Of a stretch of DNA of 10,813 nt, positions 1 to 6,245 are shown piece after piece. The notes beneath the pieces are model-generated. The model was not told where the DNA came from, did no database searches, and saw only the letters and a list, made by a program, of their open reading frames with translations. The number at the start of each line of letters is the position of its first letter. Position 1 is the first letter of the stretch. The translations under genes and the position numbers were made by a program. The stretch comes from Candidatus Altarchaeum sp. (GTDB lineage: Archaea > Altiarchaeota > Altiarchaeia > Altiarchaeales > Altiarchaeaceae). The stretch covers positions 1-10,813 of the forward strand of contig JAGWDQ010000039.1 in assembly GCA_018260615.1 (NCBI GenBank). Direction: 5' to 3'.

Positions 1-3
1 TTT

Positions 4-60
4 TAAATCACCTCGCTTGTGCTCGGAGATTTTAAAAACTTCGTTTTTAAAATACCCTGT
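4..60. repeat. Dispersed REP/MITE-like palindromic element, copy 1
   Basis: TAAATCACCTCGCTT-GTG-CTCGGAGATTTT (4-33) matches 10647-10676 at 27/30 nt. It is followed by a perfect hairpin TTTTAAAAAC-TTC-GTTTTTAAAA (30-52) and by CCTGT, as in copy 2. It lies just downstream of the btuD-like stop codon. Confidence 0.75.
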
Positions 61-105
61 GACTTTGTGGCTTTGTGTGAGCATTTTTTATTTTTTTATC
101 AGATT

Positions 106-867
106 TTATAAAATTTTCGGAAGAATATATAAAAATTTATCCCTCTTAATTTCAACATCAATTCCATAGACATTTTTTATATTTTCTTCGGTTAATACCT
201 CTTCGGGATTTCCTGTTGCCAAAATTTTTCCTTCATCCATTAATATCAGGAAATCGCAAAACATCGCTGCCAGATTTAAATCATGCAAAGCACAAACAAC
301 CATTATTCCCTGCTTTGTCAGTTGCTTAAATATTTTTAATGTCTCAATCTGATATTTTATGTCAAGCTGTGATATTGGCTCATCTGCGAATAAAATTTTT
401 GGCTCCTGTGCTAATGCCTTTGCTATTACCGCCCGCTGTTTTTCTCCGCCTGAAATTTCGGTAATTGATTTGTCCTTAAATTTTAAGGTATCGGTAAATT
501 TTAATCCGTTTTCAACAATTTCCCTGTCCTTCTTGCTTTCCTTTTGGAGCCGTTTCAGATAAGGAATTCTTCCCAACATAACATAGTCAAACACAGAAAA
601 GGGATAAAACGATGAATTTTGCGGAACATAAGCAATGACTTTTGCGATTTCCGCATAAGAAATTTCTGCTATATTTTTATTTCCGATAAAAATTTCACCT
701 TTTGCGGGCTTTAAAATTTTACTCATAAGTTTCAGCAAAGTTGTCTTTCCTGCCCCGTTAGGTCCTATAATTCCGTAAAATTTTCCATCCTCTAATTTAA
801 AGGTTATTCCGTCAATAATTTTTGTATTATTGTATTTAAAATGTAAATCATTAACAACAATTTTCAT
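106..867 (-). CDS. btuD: Cobalamin/iron-chelate ABC transporter ATP-binding subunit (BtuD/FepC/FecE family), 253 aa
   Basis: Walker A GPNGAGKTT, Q-loop YVPQ, signature ISGGEKQRAVIAKALAQ, Walker B LFADEP, H-loop ALHDLNLAA, and the C-terminal GNPEEVLTEENIKNVYG typical of this family. B12 specificity is inferred from the cobO/btuF context. Confidence 0.9.
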   Translation of the reverse strand: MKIVVNDLHFKYNNTKIIDGITFKLEDGKFYGIIGPNGAGKTTLLKLMSKILKPAKGEIFIGNKNIAEISYAEIAKVIAYVPQNSSFYPFSVFDYVMLGRIPYLKRLQKESKKDREIVENGLKFTDTLKFKDKSITEISGGEKQRAVIAKALAQEPKILFADEPISQLDIKYQIETLKIFKQLTKQGIMVVCALHDLNLAAMFCDFLILMDEGKILATGNPEEVLTEENIKNVYGIDVEIKRDKFLYILPKIL

Positions 868-1328
868 TTTGTGTAAAATTTTATGTAAAATAATTTTTAT
901 GAGTAAAATTTCAAAAACCTTAGAGGTTTTTGCAACTTTTTTTGATGATAACTTTTTTTACTAATCGGGGCTCAAAAAAAGTTATATGCTAAATCATTAA
1001 CAACAATTTTCATTTTGTGCAAAATTTTATGTAAAATAATTTTTATGAGTAAAATTTCAAAAACCTTAGAGGTTTTTGCAACTTTTTTTGATGATAACTT
1101 TTTTTACTAATCGGGGCTCAAAAAAAGTTATATGCTAAATCATTAACAACAATTTTCATTTTGTGCAAAATTTTATGTAAAATAATTTTTATGAGTAAAA
1201 TTTCAAAAACCTTAGAGGTTTTTGCAACTTTTTTTGATGATAACTTTTTTTACTAATCGGGGCTCAAAAAAAGTTATATGCTAAATCATTAACAACAATT
1301 TTCATTTTGTGCAAAATTTTATGTAAAA
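844..1328. repeat. 146-bp tandem repeat, 3 full copies + 47-bp partial copy
   Basis: Units start TAAATCATTAACAAC at 844, 990, 1136 and 1282 (period 146). The copies are identical except T874 vs C1020/C1166/C1312. There are no unique spacers. Confidence 0.97.
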
Positions 1329-1331
1329 ATT

Positions 1332-2354
1332 TTATGTAAAATATTCGTATTTCTTTTTTCTTAATAAATATATAAACAAAGGTGCGCCTACCATTGCTGT
1401 AATTGCTCCCACCGGAATTTCAACTGGTATTGCAATTGTTCTGGCAAGTGTATCACAAACAAGCATAAATATTCCTCCGCTCATCATTGAAAAAGGAATC
1501 AAAATTTTATGATTTGAACCAAATATAATCCTGACGACATGCGGAATTACAAGTCCGACAAATCCGATAATTCCGGCAACTGATACGGCAACTGATGTTA
1601 ATAGTGTTGCCAGCAAAATTAAAATTTTCTTCAGATTTTCCGTATCTATTCCGAGATGTTTTGCCTCTTCTTCTCCGAATAACACAGCATTCATATCCCT
1701 TGAAAAAAAATAAAACAAAAATGTGCAAACCAAAACTATCGGAAATAAAATTTTGACATCATCCCATCCACTATGCGCAAAATTTCCGAACAGCCAGGAC
1801 AAAATCCCGTGCAGTTTTTCTGATTCTGTAAGGGTCATCATAATCATAATGAGTGCTGAAAACAAAGTTCCTACGATAATTCCGGAGAGGAGTAATGTTA
1901 ATGTAGGCGTTGTGTTTTTCACCCTTGCAACATAGTATGTGATTAGCACTGCAAAAATTCCTCCGGAAAATGCAAATACTGAAACGGAAGAAAATCCGAA
2001 AAACAGGAAATCAACATAAAAAAATATGCCTGAAAATGTTGCAATTACTACTCCGAAAGCGGATCCGCCTGATATTCCCAAAAGGTATGGCTCTACCAGA
2101 GGATTCCTGAAAATTGCCTGTAAAACAACACCCGAAAGTGCGAGGGATATTCCAACGAGAATGTCTGCAATTATCCTTGGAAGACGGACATTGAATATTA
2201 TAAAATTTTCCGTATCGTTTCCATGCCCCGTTAGTATGTTCCAGACCTTTTCTACAGGATATTCTGCCGCACCAACTGATAATGAAACCAGGACAGCAAG
2301 TATGAGGATAAAAATCAGAACTATTCCTGATGTAAATAGGGAAAATTTTTTCAT
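1332..2354 (-). CDS. btuC: Cobalamin/iron-chelate ABC transporter permease (BtuC/FecCD family), 340 aa
   Basis: Motifs RLPRIIADILVGISLALSGVVLQAIFRNPLVEPYLLGISGG, GEEEAKHLGID, GIIGFVGLVIPHVVR and EIPVGAITAMVGAPLFIYLL, plus multiple hydrophobic helices. Confidence 0.92.
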   Translation of the reverse strand: MKKFSLFTSGIVLIFILILAVLVSLSVGAAEYPVEKVWNILTGHGNDTENFIIFNVRLPRIIADILVGISLALSGVVLQAIFRNPLVEPYLLGISGGSAFGVVIATFSGIFFYVDFLFFGFSSVSVFAFSGGIFAVLITYYVARVKNTTPTLTLLLSGIIVGTLFSALIMIMMTLTESEKLHGILSWLFGNFAHSGWDDVKILFPIVLVCTFLFYFFSRDMNAVLFGEEEAKHLGIDTENLKKILILLATLLTSVAVSVAGIIGFVGLVIPHVVRIIFGSNHKILIPFSMMSGGIFMLVCDTLARTIAIPVEIPVGAITAMVGAPLFIYLLRKKKYEYFT

Positions 2355-2382
2355 TTTAAATTTTATTTTTGTTTGCGTTTGT

Positions 2383-3852
2383 CTAAATTAAAAGCAAATA
2401 TTTTAAGGGAATCTTAATCACGAAGTCGTCAACTAACTCCAACTTACTGCTCCCAAAAACGAGCCCGTATTTTCCTTTAACTTTATTTTGCGTGTTCATC
2501 ACCTGCCTGATTTCTTCTTTATTAAATCCAACCTCAATAATAATTTTTGACTTGTCTTTTAGAGTCAAAATAAAATCTGCTCCCCCTTCGGAAATATCAT
2601 AAAACAAATCAACAGCCAGTTTATTCTTAAGACCTTCCACATAAATCAAAGCAAAATAATCTTCAAGCTTTTTTCCTTCTATTCCGGGCCAAAACTGATT
2701 ATCTAAAATTGCTGACCTCAAAGAGGATGTAATAAAAAGCAATTTCGGGGTCTTTCTTACCGGTCCATAAGTCATACCATAACTTTTAACTTTAATTAAA
2801 ACACCAGCCATTCCTAAGACCTCAATAAGCGAATCAAGGGTCTCAAATCTTTCTATTTTCAATGATTTTTTAATCTTTTCATAGCTAATAGTATCGGAGT
2901 TAGCCAAAAGATATAGTAAGTCGTAGATTTTTGCGATCGTCTGGGTTTTAAATTTTTCCATCCCTATAATATCTTTGGCAATAATGCTGTTTATCGCGGC
3001 CTTTATCATTTCCGTAGCTTTGACTTTGTTGGTAATTTTTATTGTAGAAGGTAATCCTCCATTTTCAAAAAATCCCTCTTCAACATTTGGCTGCAAATTA
3101 GCAAAAAATTTATCAATTTCCATTGCATATTGATTCAATCCAAGGTAAACTTCCCGGGCATCAGAAGAGTTAAAAATGATTTCATGAATTCCATCTTGCA
3201 AATTAGCAACAGGCAGTTTTTTATTGTATTTTAGAATTAAAAATTCACTAAACTTCATGGGAAAAACTTCCATAACGGTTGTCCTTCTATAAAGATCCGG
3301 ATTCATTCTCAAACTGATCGCCGAAGAACCAGTCGCAATAACAAATAAATTTTTATGTCCTTTTGTGCTGTCAAATAAAACCTTTAAGAAAAGTCCCCAG
3401 TTTTCATCGTAATGAACTTCATCAAGCAGAAGTAATAATTTTCTGTCTAATGAAACAAAGTTAAAGCCCTTTGCTTTTTCATAAAAATTAAAAAATTCAT
3501 TTAGTGAAATGTTGTTAAGTTTTAATTTACTTACATCTAAATAAAATATTTCTTCTAATTTGCCAATATTTTTTAAAATATTTTGATCATCCGGTTTTAA
3601 AAACCTTTCTATTTTATAAAGTTGCATTAATAATGTTGTCTTACCAGTTCCTCTAATTCCGGGTAAAATCCAGATTTTTTCATATTCTTCAAGTTGGTTT
3701 TCCAAAAATTTTTCAATAAGGATTTTAAATTTGGAAAAAATATCCCGGGTTGGCAAAAGATTTCTTTCTTCATCATAAATATATCCGTCTGCCTGCTGAG
3801 ATACAACATTCAACCAGTTTTGATAAAAAATTTTTATTTTTTCCTCATCCAT
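2383..3852 (-). CDS. AAA+ superfamily ATPase (AAA_14 + DUF4143-like C-terminal region, COG1373-type), 489 aa
   Basis: Walker A GIRGTGKTT, Walker B LLLLDEVHY, VIATGSSA, MEVFPMKFSEF, GGLP, and the C-terminal TPKLLFITSSL and GADFIL...IIEVG segments typical of this family. Confidence 0.85.
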   Translation of the reverse strand: MDEEKIKIFYQNWLNVVSQQADGYIYDEERNLLPTRDIFSKFKILIEKFLENQLEEYEKIWILPGIRGTGKTTLLMQLYKIERFLKPDDQNILKNIGKLEEIFYLDVSKLKLNNISLNEFFNFYEKAKGFNFVSLDRKLLLLLDEVHYDENWGLFLKVLFDSTKGHKNLFVIATGSSAISLRMNPDLYRRTTVMEVFPMKFSEFLILKYNKKLPVANLQDGIHEIIFNSSDAREVYLGLNQYAMEIDKFFANLQPNVEEGFFENGGLPSTIKITNKVKATEMIKAAINSIIAKDIIGMEKFKTQTIAKIYDLLYLLANSDTISYEKIKKSLKIERFETLDSLIEVLGMAGVLIKVKSYGMTYGPVRKTPKLLFITSSLRSAILDNQFWPGIEGKKLEDYFALIYVEGLKNKLAVDLFYDISEGGADFILTLKDKSKIIIEVGFNKEEIRQVMNTQNKVKGKYGLVFGSSKLELVDDFVIKIPLKYLLLI

Positions 3853-3889
3853 TTTAGATTTTATTATTTCTTTTAGATTATATTATTTC
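3852..3889. repeat. 19-bp tandem duplication directly upstream of the AAA+ ATPase start codon
   Basis: TTTTAGATTTTATTATTTC (3852-3870) and TTTTAGATTATATTATTTC (3871-3889) are 18/19 identical. A partial third echo AGATTCTATTA follows. Confidence 0.6.
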
Positions 3890-4008
3890 AGATTCTATTA
3901 TAGGTTATACTGTATTGCAATTCGGTCTCTATTGTAATAGATACTGTTCTTTATTTATTATGTTTTTATATCATTATTTATTATGTGTTTTGTGTTAAAT
4001 TTTTAAAT

Positions 4009-4980
4009 TTATTCATTATTTGTCCCGCAAACCCTGCAAAACGAATTTTTATGCTCAATTCTCGCTCCGCATCCTTTACATTTAATTTCGTCTTCTTTTG
4101 CTTCCTTTACATTTCCAAAAATTTCCTTAAAAATTTCATAATAATAAAGATGCTCTTTATCCCTTATAATTACTTCGTCTTCTTTTTCGTATGTCAATTT
4201 TCTTTGTATAAAATCCGCATCCTTAATTTTATCATCAAATATATCTGTAAGCATTGTCGTTCCGCTCCCATATTCGATAGGTGTCTTTTTTCTCCATACA
4301 AAGTCATTCGGAAGTAAATTTATGTATGCCTTTCTCAAAATCCATTTTCCAACATCGCCCTTTATTTTCATATCATCATCAATGGAAATCGCATATTTCT
4401 TTACTTCATCTGAAAGATAAGGAGTAAAAATTTTCATATTAAAAAACCTTCCGAAGTCGTTTGAAGAAAAGTGCATATTTTTCCACATTTTTTTCGCATA
4501 ATTCTCTCTTTCTTCCTTCTCCATTTTTATTAAAAAGTCATACCCGAAGAACAATTCATCCGCACCATCACCAGTCATCACACTATTTGTCCATTTCTTT
4601 GCAAATTTTAGGACTGTATATATCGCAACGCTATTCCTGATTTCCATCGGGTCAAATACGCCTAAAATTTTTATTGTTTCTCTTAAATTTTCAATTAAAT
4701 TTTCCTCGTCAATATTCAAAACATAATGTTCTATACCTAAAATCGGACACAACCTTTTAGCGTATTCCGCATCATCTCCGGTTTTAAATTTCAATGTCCA
4801 TGCCTTCATGTTGTTATTGTTTTTTGAAGCAATATAAGCCAAAACTGATGTATCAAGTCCCGCTGACAATAAAATCCCGTCACAACCATCGCTTATGTTT
4901 CTCTTTACTTCGTTTTCTAATAACTCCCTTAATTTTACAATTTCGGTTTCAATTCCCATTTTTTTATATCTAAAATCCAT
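4009..4980 (-). CDS. Asparagine-synthase C-terminal (synthetase)-domain-only PP-loop amidoligase with C-terminal Zn ribbon, 323 aa (start may be the second Met at 4959)
   Basis: PP-loop ILLSAGLDTSVLA, VMTGDGADELFFGY (AsnB SGEGADELFGGY-like), KWILRKAY...LPNDFVWRKKTPIEYGSG, and a C-terminal CKGC-x10-CRVC. There is no N-terminal Ntn glutaminase domain. Confidence 0.85.
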   Translation of the reverse strand: MDFRYKKMGIETEIVKLRELLENEVKRNISDGCDGILLSAGLDTSVLAYIASKNNNNMKAWTLKFKTGDDAEYAKRLCPILGIEHYVLNIDEENLIENLRETIKILGVFDPMEIRNSVAIYTVLKFAKKWTNSVMTGDGADELFFGYDFLIKMEKEERENYAKKMWKNMHFSSNDFGRFFNMKIFTPYLSDEVKKYAISIDDDMKIKGDVGKWILRKAYINLLPNDFVWRKKTPIEYGSGTTMLTDIFDDKIKDADFIQRKLTYEKEDEVIIRDKEHLYYYEIFKEIFGNVKEAKEDEIKCKGCGARIEHKNSFCRVCGTNNE

Positions 4981-5624
4981 TTATCCGAATAAATTTTAAT
5001 GTGTTCGGTAAAATTTTGGACATCGCTTTCAAGTATTTCAAGCCGCTTTTTAAATATTGGTCCGTCAATGACAAGCGTATGAAATTCTCCGTTTTCGCCG
5101 CATGGGTCTATGCCTGCTTCCGTTGTATCGCGGATAAAATTTTCCATTGTTTCCTTGTTTATGGTTCTTCCGGTTAAAAATTTTGCACCCTCAATGCAAT
5201 TAACAATTACAGCTTCAAATCCCAGAGACACAAATTTATTTAAAATTTCTTCCCTGTTTCTTTTCCACAGCGGTTCATAATAGTCCATGTTTAATTCCGC
5301 ACTTTTTTTCTTTATCCAGTCAAGATGTTCTTCCAGATCAATATCTCCTGCAATCATGCCAGTAATTCCTTTTTCCTTTAATTTCAAAACCTCTGAATTA
5401 AAGTCATTTTCGTAATTTTCCCATGATGTAACCTTCTGAATTACCGGAATTCTAATTGCTTCTGCCTGGGATTTTATTATTTCTCTGTTTATTCCGTGAC
5501 TTCTTCCGTCAACGGCAAAATTTAAGAGAAATTTGACATCCATGTTGTTTTTCATCGCCTCATAACATGCTAAATAACTGTCTTTTCCTCCGCTCCACGA
5601 ACAAAACCACATTTTATTTGGCAT
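4935..5624 (-). CDS. Diphthine--ammonia ligase-like (Dph6/DUF71/COG2102) PP-loop ATP-binding protein, 229 aa (start may be Met5 at 5612)
   Basis: SWSGGKDS PP-loop, RSHG, AGDIDLEEH, YEPLWKRNRE and GIDPCGENGEFHTLVIDGPIFK are family hallmarks. Confidence 0.92.
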   Translation of the reverse strand: MPNKMWFCSWSGGKDSYLACYEAMKNNMDVKFLLNFAVDGRSHGINREIIKSQAEAIRIPVIQKVTSWENYENDFNSEVLKLKEKGITGMIAGDIDLEEHLDWIKKKSAELNMDYYEPLWKRNREEILNKFVSLGFEAVIVNCIEGAKFLTGRTINKETMENFIRDTTEAGIDPCGENGEFHTLVIDGPIFKKRLEILESDVQNFTEHIKIYSDKWILDIKKWELKPKL

Positions 5625-5684
5625 TTTAAAAAATCTCGCAGATTTTTTAAAGATTGAAAATTCTCAAAGAATTTTCAGTATCTT
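5625..5684. repeat. Two adjacent perfect hairpins filling the cobO to Dph6-like intergenic gap
   Basis: TTTAAAAAATCT-CGC-AGATTTTTTAAA (5625-5651, 12-bp stem) and TGAAAATTCT-CAA-AGAATTTTCA (5655-5677, 10-bp stem, extendable by AAGAT/ATCTT). Confidence 0.85.
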
Positions 5685-5689
5685 AAATT

Positions 5690-6235
5690 TTAATATTCTA
5701 TTCCCTTTCTTCTTTCAGTTCCGTTATCGTAAGGATGCTTAACCTTTTCAATTTTACTCACATAATCCACAATTTCAATAAGTTCTTTCAGTTTTTCATC
5801 CGGACATCTTCCAGTCAGGATTAATTCTAATGTCTCTGGCTTTGAATTGAGCAAATCAAGAATTTCAGAAATGTTTAAATAGCCATCTCTTAAAGAGATT
5901 AAAATTTCATCCAAAATTAAGAGGTCATAATTCTTGGGATAAATTTCCTCCCCGATAAATTTTACCCCTTCCGGACAATCTCTTCTTGCATTTTTCGCTA
6001 ATTCGTCTTCGCTTTTGAAGGGATTAAGAACTTTGCAATATTTTGCATAAGCAAATACATCAACTCCAATTCCCTTCAGAATTTTAAATTCGGAATAAAA
6101 TTTTTCTATATCTTTATGAAAACTTATCCAGCAAACCCTTAAATTATTTCCTTTTGCTCTTACTGCCAGTCCGATTGCCGCTGTTGTTTTTCCTTTTCCA
6201 TCCCCAGTATAAATATGGGTCAAACCGTTTTCCAT
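5690..6235 (-). CDS. cobO: Cob(I)yrinic acid a,c-diamide / cob(I)alamin adenosyltransferase (CobA/CobO/BtuR type), ~181 aa from the likely start at 6235
   Basis: GLTHIYTGDGKGKTTAAIGLAVRA (inverted P-loop), YDLLILDE, LELILTGR and KHPYDNG...KGIEY. The ORF-track extension to 6388 overlaps the 88-aa ORF and lacks family motifs. The ATG at 6235 sits 10 nt after that ORF's stop. Confidence 0.9.
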   Translation of the reverse strand: MENGLTHIYTGDGKGKTTAAIGLAVRAKGNNLRVCWISFHKDIEKFYSEFKILKGIGVDVFAYAKYCKVLNPFKSEDELAKNARRDCPEGVKFIGEEIYPKNYDLLILDEILISLRDGYLNISEILDLLNSKPETLELILTGRCPDEKLKELIEIVDYVSKIEKVKHPYDNGTERRKGIEY

Positions 6236-6245
6236 TCTGATTTTT

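Noticed and set aside
359-562. Plus-strand 67-aa ORF
   Set aside because: Antisense shadow entirely inside the well-supported btuD-like gene, with no motifs.
844-1328. CRISPR array
   Set aside because: The units are 146 bp and essentially identical over their whole length, with no unique spacers and no cas genes in the window.
1507-2391. ORFs 1507-1728(-), 1723-1935(+) and 2026-2391(+)
   Set aside because: Alternative-frame or antisense shadows of the btuC-like permease, with no recognisable features.
3627-4317. ORFs 3627-3809(-), 3694-3876(+) and 3985-4317(+)
   Set aside because: They overlap the AAA+ ATPase or AsnB-like genes. Their Phe/Ile/Lys-rich composition is typical of antisense AT-rich frames.
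4009-4980. Calling this gene asnB (glutamine-hydrolysing asparagine synthetase)
   Set aside because: It lacks the N-terminal Ntn glutaminase domain, is only ~320 aa and has an extra Zn ribbon, so the function cannot be assumed.
4935-5624. Calling this gene dph6 (diphthamide synthesis)
   Set aside because: Family membership is clear, but the context is B12 salvage with no other dph genes, so orthology cannot be decided without a phylogeny.
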